Shown here: positions 1 through 14,170 of the stretch, piece after piece | Position numbering within the stretch: position 1 is the first letter of the stretch | Layout of the letters: each line of letters opens with the position of its first letter | Assembly (NCBI GenBank): GCA_004764695.1 | Contig: SMSO01000034.1 | Location: 3,968,001 to 4,032,000 of the forward strand | DNA length: 64,000 bases | Reading direction: 5' to 3' | From: Schizochytrium sp. TIO01 | Taxonomy: Eukaryota; Protista; Bigyra: Labyrinthulomycetes | The notes under the pieces: model-generated | The model's input: only the letters and a program-made list of their open reading frames with translations | What the model was told of the DNA's origin: nothing | Database searches by the model: none | Translations under genes and position numbers: made by a program

Positions 1-376
1 AATAACGAAGCACCATGATGGCTGTACTTCCTTACCTACCAAGCTTCCTACTTGAAACAGCTAGGCAGGTAGGGTTACTACTTGAGTTTGGCAGACACGA
101 GAGGAAGAAAGGAGGTCTTAGCAACAAATGGAACCATACTTCTCGCCCAGCAGGAAGACCGCCTAATTGATAGCTAACTGCCTTTCCGCCTTTTCTACCT
201 TATCTGCTAACTTCTAAGCAGCTTTTCTGCTCTTCGTGTGAGAGCTAACTAACCAAGATTCCAGATACGCCTACGAAGAGCAGAGCGAGAGAGAGGCCTC
301 CTAAGCACTGGTATAAACACGCCTAGGAGGACACCTGGTCGTGAGAATATCTGTAGTTAAGGTACCCACCCACCCA

Positions 377-490
377 CTCATTCATTCTTTATTTTATTCA
401 TTCATTCATTTATTCCTTTATTCATTCATTCATTCACTCATTCATTCTTTCTTTATTCACTCATTCACTCATTCATTCATTCATTCATTC
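377..490. repeat. Imperfect (TCAT)n / (TTCA)n microsatellite
   Basis: Direct reading: long run of tcat/ttca units with some tttat interruptions. Confidence 0.9.
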
Positions 491-1112
491 GGAGGATGGG
501 TGAAGGATTGAATGAATGAGAAAGAAAAAGAGAAAACCATGGCTTGAGCTGTTTTGCCAAAGTGAGTAAGTAGAGTGGCCGCTGCGCTGTCTTCTAGTAA
601 GATGCGAGCCTTCATGTTCGTCATCAGGATCGAACATCGCCACGAAACAGCCGCGGCCCAGGGCGCGAGCGAGCGAGCGAGCGAGGGAGGGAGGGCGCGA
701 GCGAGAAGACCTGCTCAGGCGTCCGGAGTCGGGCCATAACAGAGTGCTTGCACGAAGGCATTCTCTGAACAATGGCGAAGGAACCTCAAAGTCAGACAGT
801 TTTCACTCGACTCGCTTGAGAAACCAGTCAGAATCAAGAGCCTCTGAGACTCTTCTATTGCACTTGACCGCTCAGGACGATGACTCATATTTTTTTATAG
901 TACAAATAAGTACTACACCGTATTGGGCGATTGCTTTGACTTGAGTTTTTTACCCAAGTTAAAAGATTTTAACGCAGTACCTCTGACTAGTGAGAGTAGA
1001 ACTAAGTAGTAATGGCGTATCATCAGCGCACACCTGGTTTGTAGAAGAATTCCACTTTTCGAAGATGGGACTCGGTACCTCCCTATGAAAATGACCGAGA
1101 TCGATCAGTCAG

Positions 1113-1167
<55 letters not shown>
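1113..1167. repeat. Perfect (GCTT)n microsatellite, about 13-14 units
   Basis: Direct reading of gcttgcttgctt... Confidence 0.95.
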
Positions 1168-4054
1168 AGGTATAGAATAGTAGGGGTGGTGGATGTGTAG
1201 GGAAGCTAGAACGCGGCCACTCATGAGCAGGCAGCTAGCTAGCTCTCTGCTTCAGGTTTTCCCCAGATTCCAAAAATTCTATAGTTCACATAAATCACGA
1301 CCTTTAGTTCACTTTTTGGCGAAATCTAACAAGAGTCTAGGTACTCACTTGAGTGCTAGCTAGATAGATAGGCCGCGAGGTAAGTACTCCTAGGGTAAAC
1401 TGGTACAGCGAGAACGAAGGTTATGAAAAAACATTGAAAAGGAGAAAATTGCTTTTCTTTAGAATGAAAGAAGCTCTACTTCTACTTGCGTCCTCTTGTC
1501 TCGTCCTTTCTCTGTTAAGAACAGAGTTTGCGAAACAGATTTAAAGAGTTGATTGATTGATCATAAGACAGAAGTGAAAGAACTATAGGCCAGCAAATGT
1601 GCGTTCAAGAGCGGTTAGGTTAATAAGAGACCACTGCTCCGAAATAGCTGGCTTCTCTAATCATTTCTGCCCTTCCTTTCCCTTGCACAAATTCATCTTT
1701 CGTTGTGCTTTCTGAATGCCAACGCGCTAGAAAAGGTGCCTTTCCCCCTCTTTCCTTATTTTTATAAAAGTCTTTTCTTTCTTTTTTAAAATTATAGTTT
1801 TAATTTTAAAAGGCTGAGTTATCACCACTTAACATCTCGACAAGCAAATAAAATCTATTTTCTTTTCGAATCTCGAACTCGCTCCAGGCGAAGCGCAAGC
1901 TGGGAGGCAGCGCTGCGCAGAAGCAGCTGCTGAGTCCCGGAGGCCGAAGCGTGTGCCAAGAGGTTCGGCCTATCCAGCCTGGTCACGACCGCGCGTGGCC
2001 TCTTCTTCCGTTGAGTGGCGTTCGCCAGCCTGCGAGGTCCCGTGCCGCTCGTGCTTGCACCGTGTCAAGTCCCCGAGGGGCCTCTATATGGCTATTTCTT
2101 TCTTTCTTTCTTTCTCTCTTTCTTTCTCGCCCTCTTCTTGTAGATCATTTTTAAAAGATTAAATATTAAGAATGAAAATACCTCTAATTCAGTTATTTTA
2201 AATTAGGAAAACTATACTTAATTTGAAAAATATATTAACTTGAAAAATGAGCTTTGGTTACCGATTTCACCCTTCTGTATCGAAACAACTCTAAAAGAAA
2301 TTGCTTCGCTTTCTTTCTTGGTAACTCTGCCTCCCGAATGAAAATATTCATGCTGGCCACTCGAAAGACACCAGTAAGATCAAGTGTAGGCAGGTACTAG
2401 ACATACTTATTGTCAACTGTCTCCAGTAGTATCTAGAGAAGTGGTTTACTGGCGCTGGTCTTTCTTTATCTCTGAGACCCGAAGAAGTGCAAGTGCGGGG
2501 GTTTTGACGCGACTCTTGCTTTGGAGGCTGCTAACTGCGGTGTGGGGGGAAGTAGCTGCAGCTTCTAGCGAGGAGGACAACCTGCCTAGCGTCCCACCTC
2601 TGCCGTGCAGTAAACGTAGTTACATGATGCTGTGTAACTTTGATTAAATCAAGGTACATGATGGCACAATTCATCAGACAGCTAGCTAGCTCTGAGTGTC
2701 GCGCAAGAACATGGCAGTCTGCCTCCCTTGAGAGAGGTCGCAGCAGCTTTCTTCGTTGCTGCTTGCTCTCTGCTCTCTTGCTATGATGATTTATTTCCAG
2801 AACCGAATCGAAGAATTTCGAGTAGTTTTGCTAGTCAGTCCCACGCAAGAAGACTTAACTGCTCGCTTACTCGCTTGCTTGCTTGCTTTGTTTTGCTTAC
2901 TTGCTTTTTGCTTTCTTGCTTCTGGCTGGCTGGCTGGCTGGCAAGATCAATGATGATGGCGGGAAACAACGCAAGAGGGAGGGCATGAGACGAGGTGTGC
3001 GTTCAGCTAGGCCGCAGGAAGAACTTGGAGAAAGAGGCAGAAGGAAGGCAGTTGGCCGCGGACCCGGGATTCCTTGCTGGATGCATGCATAACCAACAAA
3101 GAAACAACAAGCAAGCAAGCAAACCGTTGGCGGCGTGTGAGTGATCCTGCGAAAATGCCTCCGCCATTGCTCTCCATCTTTGTTCCCCTTTTCCTGCAGT
3201 CGCCTACTTTCTCCTTTCCTCCCACGCCTTCTCTGCCTGGAGGCTACCTCTCGAGCTAGCCAAGCTTACTTACTACCTGGTGGTATCTTCTAAGCTCGAA
3301 GGAATCCCCGCCCGCCCGTCAAATTGCGACCTGTTGTTTCCTCAGCTATAGCCACTGGCTAGCGCTAGCTAGCTAGCTCCTTCCCGAATGACCTCGCTCT
3401 CGCTTCGCAAAACATAACATAACGAGCTATAGCTTGCTAGATCCGGCCTTCCTCTCCTGCGTACGCTATCAGGTACCACCACAACGAGCTCACTAACGGT
3501 CGTCCGTTGAGGCAAGCTCGGAAAGGCTCCTCGCACGCCTCGCCTCGCGAGCCAGTCGCTCCAGCGAAAGACCCGCCTCTTTCTTTCTCTCTCTCTTGAG
3601 CGGCGAAGAACTCGAAGGAGAAGGAGAACCTGGAGGAGAAGGAGAACTTGAAGCAAGTTGAGGCGAATCTTCTTGCGAAAACGAAGACCATCGATTTCCT
3701 TGCGCTTCACGGCTACACGCATACACCGCCGGACTGCTGGAGGAGCCTGCCTGCTCCACCGAGCCGCTGTCATTTTGTTCTTTCGAGCATCACGCGGGAG
3801 AACCGTCATCATTGGCTTCAATTCAAATCCTCTTCTTCGCCGCGGTAAGCTTGACTGATAGATATCCAGATACGAAGATACGTAGATACATACATACATA
3901 CATAGATACATACGTCGATACATGCATACGCGCACACGTCGTTTACTGAGAAGTAAGGTGTGAGTGAGGTCGTAGGTGCCTGCCTGCCCACAGGGCTATG
4001 CGCCCTTGGAGTTGGTTGTAGACGGCAGGTAGGCAGGAATAGCGCGTAGATGGA

Positions 4055-4083
4055 TACTTACTTACTTACTTACTTACTTACTT
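4055..4083. repeat. (TACT)n microsatellite
   Basis: Direct reading tacttacttact... Confidence 0.9.
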
Positions 4084-4600
4084 CGTTACCTGGCCGGGTC
4101 CTTTCATCTTCGCGCTCAGGTCACAGAATTGCTTGCTCTTTGCTCTGCTGACGTTGACGTTGAACTTGCTTTCTCCTCTGGAAACGGAGAAAGAAAGCAG
4201 CGAGCCTCGGAACCCCCCCCGGACAGAAGACAGCGAACCGCCACTCGCCACCGGCCGAAGACCTCCGCCGCCGCCTGCAACCGTACGGCTCGAAGAAGAA
4301 GAAGAAGAAGAACCATAAGCGCCAAGAAAGAAAACAAACAAATAAACACAAATAGCATGGCGGTCCGTCGTCGTGGTTCTCCGTGCCCCTAGTCGCGCGT
4401 AGCGGGGTCCTACTGTTAGGGAGCAAAGCACGGAAAACTGATCGTGTACGAATGAATTTCAAGCGACTATTGCGCGAAAATGCACAAACCGGTCAATCAA
4501 ATCGACACCTCAGGACACACGCGCTCGGCTCGGCAGGTAAGAAACAAGACAACAAGACAACAAAGAAAGTCACAAACAATCAAGCACACAAACAAGCACA

Positions 4601-4662
4601 CAAACAAACAAACAAACAAACAAACAAACAAACAAACAAACAAACAAACAAACAAACAAACA
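4601..4662. repeat. (CAAA)n microsatellite, about 15 units
   Basis: Direct reading. It produces the spurious KQTN/NKQT repeats in the ORF track. Confidence 0.95.
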
Positions 4663-6066
4663 GCGGTTGGCGCCAAACTATGCCCCCGAGACCGACTCGC
4701 TCGCTGGAGTCTCGCTGCTCCTGTGTAATAGATGCAAATGCAGGTACTCCTCGCCTACTGCTGCTTACTGATGAGCGGCGAGCACCACTGCGAACTGTTT
4801 AGAGTTGAATGGAGTTGGTGCTGAAGTTGAGCTCGACGTTAAGGGCGGGCTGGAAGAGCTGAGGCTGGGCTGGAATGCTGCTGCTGGAGGCTTGATTGGC
4901 AAGGCTCGACGTGAAGACATGCGTGGAGGGAGTGACAAGTTTCGAGGAGACCAGCTTCTTCAACCGTCTGTCTGCCTGTCTGTCCGCAGAACTGACTGAC
5001 TGGACGCTGCCGAAACAAACGGCGCTTCGAGGCTGGTCGAAGGGCGAATCATGGATAAAAGGGCAAAAGGATAGATAAGAAGAGGGCAGGCCGCGTTGAA
5101 GAACTCGTAGAGGGTACCCGGGTACGGCACTTTCGTGGCGATGCCGAGGACATGCTGTTGAAAAGAGCGATCTTCAGGTTGTTCGTTTTTTAAAGATTAA
5201 TAAATAAGTGCATGGTTTCGAGGGAACTGAAGCGGCACCTTCTCTGGGTCGAAGCTTGCGTGCGGAAGAAAGAGGTACTTACTTGACAAGCTTCGGGCTG
5301 GAGCCACTTTCGCGCTCACTCGCCCGAAAGCGTATTTGATGTGGACGGCTGATTCGTTGAAACGCGTAGCCAGCCCAGATTCACCGGGCCCACAACTGGG
5401 TGCTGCTGTGCCTTCTCTCTCTCTCTCTCTTTTTTCTTTTTCCTTTTTTCTTTTTCCTTTTTTCTTGTTTCTTTCTTCTTTTTCTTTTTCTCTCTCCTTT
5501 CCTCTGCAAGAACTGGCGAAGAAGGACCATGACGACACCTTGAGGTTCGGTTCTCTCAAGCGGATCTACATCACGGCAAGCGACCCTGTCCAAAGTCTAT
5601 GAGAGAAGTGGGACACTTTGTGACATTTGCGCCGCACATCTTCGCGCACCTCAGAAGCTCTTGGCTTAGAGCCGCGTTCGAGCAAGCAATCCAGTCGGTA
5701 GATACTATCTTGGAATAATCTTTTCTATGCTATGGGAAACCAGAAAGAAATTTCCCTCTTGAACGAACGAACACCTGTTGCTGCGTACTGTGATTGAGTA
5801 TCGCGATGGCGGCTTTTCGAGCACCTAGTTCGCTCACCCCATCCACGCATCACGCGAACATCTGGAAATGCCCAACGATGCGAAGGCTCGGAGGGCCTGG
5901 CTCTGGCGCTCGTGTGCTCCATGATCGAAGCAGCTGGAGACGATTCGTGTCGTTTAAATTCAAAATGAGGGCGCCGAGAGGAGGTCCTGAGCAAACCAAA
6001 GACTCGTCCGTCTGAGGTTCGCTCTCCAGGTCCAAGTCGAAGAGACCTAGAAGATACATAGATAGT

Positions 6067-6067
6067 G

Positions 6068-6102
<35 letters not shown>
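6067..6102. repeat. (GCAG)n microsatellite
   Basis: Direct reading gcaggcaggcag... It produces the spurious ACLP repeats in minus-strand ORFs. Confidence 0.9.
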
Positions 6103-9100
6103 ACCCTCAAGGCGCGGGTGAGGCTGTGGCCAGTCGCGAAGTATCCTGCGTTCGCCGGCAACGCAGCCAGCTTTGGGGCGCTCGCGATGACGATGATACG
6201 GACGCGGAGGGCGGGGTTCCTTCCGCAAGGGCTGGCTGGCTGGCTGGCTGGCGACGGAGGTCTCCCCGAGCGGACCCTCGCACGCACGCACTGAAGAGGC
6301 ACACAGGGAATGGCACTCGCAGCCGCAGCGATGAATTGCCTGTCTAAGAAGGAATTTGAATTGAGAGTGATGATGATCATTCAGTCATTCGTGCAAGAAG
6401 TCGAGAATTCAAGAAATCAATCCCGCCAATCCGCCAAACCAATCCGTCAAACCAATCCGTCAAACCAGCAAGCGCGCCAGCCAGCAAGCAAGCGAGCGAG
6501 CGATGCCTTGGAGTGTTCATCAGGAACCGAGCGAATGGCGCTCAGGGCTTTCAGAGAACCTGGCTGGAGTCCAAAAATCTGCGCGAAGGAAGGCATCCCG
6601 ATCCAGCGGTGGTCCCGCAGCGTTGTTGCTAACGTGGACGGTGAAGGGAGGCGGCGACAGGATTGTCTGTGCGGGGATAGTGGACAAAAGATGGACGGAC
6701 GATCTTTCTGGAGGCGGCATGGCATGGTTGACTGAGAATAGAGGCAATCAGGGATGCCTGCGGAAGACGGGAACGCCAGGAGCACGAACGCGAAGGGCGC
6801 GTACTGTTTGGAGCAGGAGGAGATAGACAAAGCAAGTGGCTGGCTGGTCGATTCAACCTTGAACCTCAGAGCTGCTCAGGCCGTGTGAAGACTCCGAATC
6901 TCCGCGAGAGAAGCTAAGCTCGTTCTTGTTAGATGCCTAAGTCTTGCATGCATCCATGCCCTGTTCCTGAGGCATGGGGCACAAGGATGGTGCGACAAGA
7001 AGAAGGCATTGAAGCTCGACCAGGACTCAGCCATCAGCCATCAGCCAGCGCAGTTGCAAGCGCTTGGATTCAGACCATTGACGATCAACGAAAACACCGG
7101 AACGCACGGTTTGACTTGTTCGAGCCATGAGCAAAGAACGGAGGTCGTGGATCTTCTTGGCCTCTTTTGTATCATAATTATTATAAATAATAATCAATGA
7201 ATTTTAAATTAAGATATAATTTTAAAATGATCATACGATATACTAGCACTATACGAGGAATCCCAGACAAAGATACAATTCGCCAACATCCAATCTCTAT
7301 CAAATCAAGGAAGCTAGCCAAGACCACAGGAAAGCAAGCAAGCGAAGGTAGGAGAGGAGCCAATGCCCTCCACAGCGATGTCGTGAAACCCTGTTCTCTG
7401 CAAGACCTTCAAGTTCAGCCGGCGAGCTGATCTCTTGGTCCCACGCTGCGGGCAGCTCGATTTACTGCACCAAAGATCATGTGTACTCAGGCTGCTGTGC
7501 ACCCGCAGCTTTTGAAGCGCAGCACTTATGGGGCATTTCTCTCTAGCTAGAGGGAAATGATGTAATTTTGAAAAGGAAAAAAAAAAAAGAACTTCCAAGC
7601 TCCTTGTATTTCCTTTATGTACGCCTATATATAAAATAAAGATGCAGCTCGGATACCAACGTGATGTCTCTTCAGCCGATGCTTTGTCTCACGTGAAGAA
7701 CTAGTCTGCGCAAGATACCTGATACATCTCCCCTTGATTATTGTGTATATCACCAGAATATAAGAACGACACCGACGAGGTCGTCGTAACACCCATGCTG
7801 CAGCTTCTTTACACACACACACAAGGTAATAATTAATTAGTTAATAGCAAAAGGCCTGGAAAGGATGCAATTCGATGGATATATGCCATTTCGTAACTTT
7901 ACACAAAACGATTGGCACAGACTAACTGGCCCAACTCTTGGCGGACGGTTTACTGAGGTGAGTGACAATCAAATTGTAAAAACCACTTCGACAGATGAGA
8001 AAAAAAAAATTGAAAAAAAAATAATAAAGCATCAAGAGTGGACTCTATGCTTGAATGTGCCATCCACGTTGATGCTCGACTCACCAAGATATTGTTGCTT
8101 TAAAGTGCTAGAATTTAACTATAATTAAATTGGCCAGAAGCTCTGCAATACTATGTTCAAGAAAAGACATAATTGATTTGATTTTTTTTAATTATATATG
8201 GATATTTATAATTATTAATAATAAGAATAATATCGGAGCGCTCGATAAAACCTATATTGAGCACACAATCCATTTGTCTGCTCTCTACAAGGCACAACAT
8301 AACGACTCAAAATCAACTGCCAACCTCCTCTGTTCATTTAAGTACCCATCAGCATGGTCCTGAAAGGCATCGAGACCTGTTTGCTGAAGTAGGACCATTT
8401 CTCGAGATATAGTTCAAGTAGGGATGATCTTGTGAACAGGGGACCAACAAAATCAACATGGTTGTCTACTTCATAGCTCGAGATATTTTTCCGACTACCT
8501 CGGATCGAGCAATTCATACCATATTAGCTGTGTCCTGGGACAGCGAGATTTATTGTATAAGATTCGGCGGCACACCCCTACTTCATCGTTTGCCCCACCC
8601 TTACACATAGTTTTTACTAAACTGTTACTTTTCTTTTTCTTTCTTCTCTTCTCTTCTCTTCTCTTCTCTTCTTTCTTTGAGAAATGGAAACTCATATTAC
8701 AAATGACTTTGACCAGACTTCTGCATGTTTTCTCAAAAAGAACTCCTGAGGAGGTTGTCGAGGAATATGTCGTTCCTATGTAAGTGCAAGGCGACACCCC
8801 ATAGATCGTCGGCTGCGTTAATTGGCAATCGACTTTGTCTTTCTATTATTTTGTTCTTTTCGTTAATAACATTTCAATAAGTTTGTTGAACAAAGAATAA
8901 GAAGAACCTCTTTGTCGTGCCCCTCCCCCCCCCCCTCCCCCCCGATGCCATCTTTTGCAGTCAAATCACTTTCATTCTTTTTCACTGGAGCAATGATATT
9001 TGAAGATGAGTATAGCAATACGTCAGAAGCGATTTAAATATATATTACATGTTATATATATATATTAGCAGGTGTATTTCTTTTTAGCTATGATTTTTCT

Positions 9101-9355
9101 TAGATCGTAGCGCGAAATATAGCATGAAGTATATATGGTATGGAGCCGATAACCATGAAACTCTTGGTTATTGGTCTCATTGCTTAGAAATCGCCCACAA
9201 TTGATCAATTCTTGTTCGAATCGAATGCTGTCGATTCGCACTAGAAGAATGATAAAAGAGGATTCAACGGCTATATCTATCAAAGTTCGTTTTTTTCAAT
9301 TTATCTCTCTCACTCTCTCTTATTGTACATATTTGCAGCATGAAATAAATATTTT

Positions 9356-9393
9356 CATCACATGTTCTAAACGGCATCACATGTTCTAAACGG
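9356..9393. repeat. Exact 19-bp tandem duplication (CATCACATGTTCTAAACGG x2)
   Basis: 9356-9374 and 9375-9393 are identical. Confidence 0.9.
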
Positions 9394-12300
9394 AATGTGT
9401 ATGGATTTCAAATATTGATTGTACTTCATGTAGACAATTCAGCTTCTCAGATTTCCTCAATACAAGGTAACGTTTATTCTACATTCATAGTTCAAGTTAA
9501 TCTTTACCACTTTATACCGAAGCTCTCTATTTTTTAAAAGTTTGTTTTATAGTTTTATTTATTTATTTAAAACACAAATAATAACAACACGAATAAAAAT
9601 CATCTCTAGCAAAGCGAACCTGTCAGGCAGATTAGCATTTTATAGAAGATAAAATTATGAAAAACACAGTTAAGTGGCTTCCCCTTTCGAGTGGCCTGGT
9701 CTAACTTGAGATCTACGAGTCCCTTGCCTCAAACCGATGTTTAATACTCAACAATGCAGCAGCAAGCATAGATATAAATTAGCGTCTACCACTTAGTTAT
9801 GTACTTTAACTCAAATAGTAAATTACTTTTAGAAATCTCCCATCTATTATCGCCTTGCTAGTATGCTCGTCAAGCATGTACACTATCACCTGTTCTTGAC
9901 ATGAATGTAGAAACGGAAAACTTGAAAAGTAGGAGTTTTGCTTGGCTCAAAACAATATGGTTTTGTACAACCAGAAACAGACTTTCCTGTTTGTTTTTTA
10001 ATTTATTTTTTTTACATACATGGTACACACCTTTCAACGACTCTGGGACATCTGCTTAGTCCCTTTATCATATTATTTTTGCCAACTTCGTGGGACAGCA
10101 CAATTGACCAGAAACCTGGAAGAAATTTAAGATTCTAGCATGACTGATGAGAGGGCCCTTCTAGAGATGCCCGGATTCTCTTAAACTATGTATTATCGGA
10201 CCCTGTTTCTTTTCACAAATGTGAAACAGTAAACTCACTCGAGGTTAGTTAATTTTTGGTTCTCTTAAAAGCATATATATCTACCCATGTTTAATTTCGT
10301 TACTGTTACTTACATCAAAGTATAACTGATTGCGCTGAGCTTGCATTTGATGAAACAATCACCGAATCTGTAACAGTAACAGTAACATCATGGTCAATAA
10401 TTGCTTTGTTAACTAACTCGAGAAACAGGCTCCAGACATTTTTCTATTTGTTACTGCTTTATTTCCCTAATTCTTCCTCTTCATTTCTTTTTTCATGAGC
10501 AAATCTTACGAGACTATACAGACGACTCAATTTTCTCGCATGGAATCAACTCAACCTTGTAGTGAAGAAGACCTCACAGCCACTTGCCTCAGGAAGAAAC
10601 TATGGATTTAAAACTCCTCCTGAAGTTCGTCATCTCACTCAGCAAATGGTTAGAAATACTTATAGCTAGGAGGACTCCACGAAGTCGGTCTACACTTACA
10701 ACGATCTCTGAAGGAGTATCAACATGAGATAGTTATGTACTAAACTCATGAAGATCGCTCGTTTGCAGAGACTTCACAATTTGCAATGAACTTCGCCTAG
10801 GAAACTACGCCTAATCTACAAATAAAGCATGCTTGTAATGGTGATTGTAAATTATTATTTTTTCAGCTCTTTGATACGCAACGAATATGGTAAAGTTGAC
10901 ATAATTCAGTGCTGGTTAAGTTAATTAAAGTGACTATAAAAAAAGAATCACAAATAAATTTCTCGGCCAAACAGCATTGTTAAATTACTCATTAAATCCA
11001 TCTTCTCTCTCGAAAGACAACAGAAAGATCAAGATATGGAGGAAGAACAGAAAAATTTATTGTTACTATTTTAATTTTCTACCTGTTGTACGAATGGCTT
11101 TCATCATTTTCATCAAAAGAAGAAAGAAAGAGAAATGATGAAGATGCATGTGAGAGGTGTAAAGGATAGAAGACTCACGTGAAGTCTTCTTCTTTTCTCT
11201 CCGTATAGTTTGACTGCTAACGATGTGTAACACTAATATTCACTTTATCAAGAGTCCCTTTTATTATTAATTTCCTTCTTCATAAACTAGTGAATGCACT
11301 TGCTCAACTGCTTTTTAGATACTAAACTTAGCAGTCATGTTGAATTAGAACTAGACACTCATTTTGAGAAACCAGGATAAACCTCGTTCGTTAAGAAACC
11401 AGCTTTGTTGTTTTTCAAGCTTGTCGATCTCTCGAAACGGGCCAGTCAAGATAGAAAGATGCCTGTGTGCCTGGTTTGAAGCTAAGGTCATTTAATATTA
11501 AATAGGAAACAGCATGAACTCGAAAGTTGCAACAAAATGATGTCTGGAAGATCCATTATATGATTTCTACATTTACAGATCGGAACCTATGAACAAGAGT
11601 GAGCTATTTAATATGTCCACAGTACTGTATGCAGACGTCACTTTTAACTTGCGCACTATGAACAGTTGTTTGTGTCAAATAGCTGAAGGCATCTCTACCT
11701 AATGCCCCTCTCACATCAGAGTATTATCTAATATAATACAATAAGAAGCTCGATTCTAATATTTTGCTTCCGTTACGAATATGAGCATGTGCAATGAAAT
11801 ATCTCAATTACGTTTATGCATGAAATCTAGCACCTAAAGAATAAGCAAACGCAGTATTTATACAGGTGTAGATGTTAGAAAATGTTGTTTTCGTTTGTTT
11901 TTTAATAATTTATTAACTATTTTATTTTAATTTAAAAATAATAATTAATAACTCAAATATATATATATAAACTTTAAACTACTCAATAAGAAATCTCTTC
12001 CAACGATAACATTTTGAAACTTATGATTCATTTAAAAAAGCAAATATTAATGGCTAATTTGCCTGTGTATGACAAAATTACCCACAGAATCATTGATTCA
12101 TTATTGAGAAGCCTCACCTTCTATCATCTAAGGGTAATCCGAATGGCAATTTTAGGCTTTGCATGCACAAACGCGTCTCAAAAAGCAAATGAGAATTAAC
12201 ATGCAAATTTGCATATTCTTTTTTAACCTACCTTGATTTGAATCTAAAACCCATGCATTTAAACTTGCTCCCTTGTATTCTTAATTTTTTAATTTTTGGT

Positions 12301-12658
12301 GGGGGTGTATGGGCCTTTGGCTCAACATTCCTTGCCAAATGGCTTGCTTTTAATTTTTGTTTGGTCAAAAGAGCAGCCCAAAGATGCGTGTGTAAAAGTT
12401 CACCCATGAGGACAATTTTTATATATGCAAGGATCGTTTAGACTGACAACCACTTGATAATTTGTTTAGTTTTGTGCTGGTCCAGAAATAGAATTTGAGC
12501 TTCTAAGTTTTGCTGAAACATTTGCTTAGTCTATGACAGGAAGGGGCTCACGACCTCCGCATAGTCGTAACCGTCCTTTCACATATTTTGCCCGATATCA
12601 TCTTCTTTGAATAGATCCTGATTGAGTAAAAAATATATGGTATTTTTATATCTGCAAT

Positions 12659-14170
12659 CTAGAGATTGACTTTCGAAATTGAAGGCAGTGAATGTGCGGT
12701 TTCTAAGACAAACCTTTGAAGAAAAAAATGTGAATAGTTAAGTACTCGGAGTTCATTCATCGACCAAGAAGAATCGACCTGTTCGCTTTCTTCATTGCAA
12801 TTGACATGCAAAAACCAATTTGCAGTCTCAATACAGGGAGCAGGTTTCGAGGCGAGTATCTTCAGCTCTTTTTGTTTCTCACTATTGTGATATCCATGAA
12901 TAGATATGAAGTTGCTCAGCAAGCAATCTCTCGTCTTAGTACTGATAGTAAAAGATGCATGGAAATGTGAAGTTTAAATTGAAGTTTTTCATCTGGTGCT
13001 ATTGAAGTGGCATACAGCTAATCTGCAACGGGTACCAAGCTTCAATATATCCCGAGCTTCAACGTCAGACAAGGACCTCTTCCCGGCTGGCATTTGTCAG
13101 TATGTTTTTCAGAACGATCACGATTTTCCAAGGATTCACTGCCGGGTTCCACTGTTAGTCAAATTGAAGATGTGTAGATCTATCATACCTTCATCATATT
13201 GCAAAACTTTCGGCGGAACTAATGCTCTCGGAGGAAAGTATGTTATTAACAACGCGAAGTGAAATGGCATTGTTCTCAGCAATGGTTTTTTCGAAACACC
13301 GTTTTTGCCACAGATGCCTTCAATTCTTGACAAGGTTTTGCCTTTCATTGCAATACCTCAACGCATGGCGCATGCTCTGAAGCTAGACATTATTCAGTGG
13401 ACAGAGATCCTGATACTCGATGTGAGCCTCTTGTTTCAGGTTTAAAAGTATTGATCGAGGTTGTAAGCTTGTTACTAAACTGTTGCTTGGTTGACCACTT
13501 TAGATTCGTGATCATAAACTGGCATAGAGTCACTTATGCATGTTATTGAGAGTTGCTTTTCGTCCTGAACATCGTAAGAATTGCTCACAAAGTCTAGAAC
13601 TATCAAGGATGTTGTTCAAAATACCTGATGCCCCTACCTCCATAGATAAAATGGTGTCTTTGCTAGAGAAATGGCTCTGTTTTCTTCACCTGATGTCGAT
13701 GCTGAAATACCGTGACTAAATTTTCTACTACTCATCATTACAACTCGATTAGGTTTGGGCCATGCACCACGAAGCGACGCAAAGTCTTTGCAACTCTGTT
13801 GTAATTATATTTTTTGTTCTTGAAGTCTATGGTGAAGTAGATCAATAATAACTCGCAGACCTTGCTCGCCATGAAGATAATATTAACTTTAGGTTATGTG
13901 GCGAATTCCTTCATCAAGCAAAGTAGAGAAATGCGAGAAAAATTGAGAGAATGTTTACAATAGTTCTGGCGATGGGTCTTCCGATGTCGAATTGATTGCA
14001 TCAATCTTGCTGGAGAAAGCTTAGGGTTAAAGGAACAATGTTCTGATCTCGTGAATTCCCGAAAGAGCTTGTTATCTCGCCATTCGCAACATGGAGGAAG
14101 TTGTTGAGAGCGCTATATGCTAATCTGCCGAGTTGATGAAGATCACACACCTGAAAGATCTACTTCTTTC
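12659..14170 (-). pseudogene. Possible decayed protein-coding remnant of unknown family
   Basis: Several co-oriented minus-strand open stretches with protein-like composition (12659-12922, 13136-13348, and IFQVCDLHQLGRLAYSALNNFLHVANGEI... near 14000-14160), broken by stops and frame changes. No recognisable domain. Confidence 0.25.

Noticed and set aside
485-7430. Dozens of 60-190 aa ORFs on both strands in the first 7.5 kb
   Set aside because: They overlap in all frames, are driven by microsatellites (KQTN, ACLP, poly-S/R/E), often start at non-ATG codons and contain no domain motifs.
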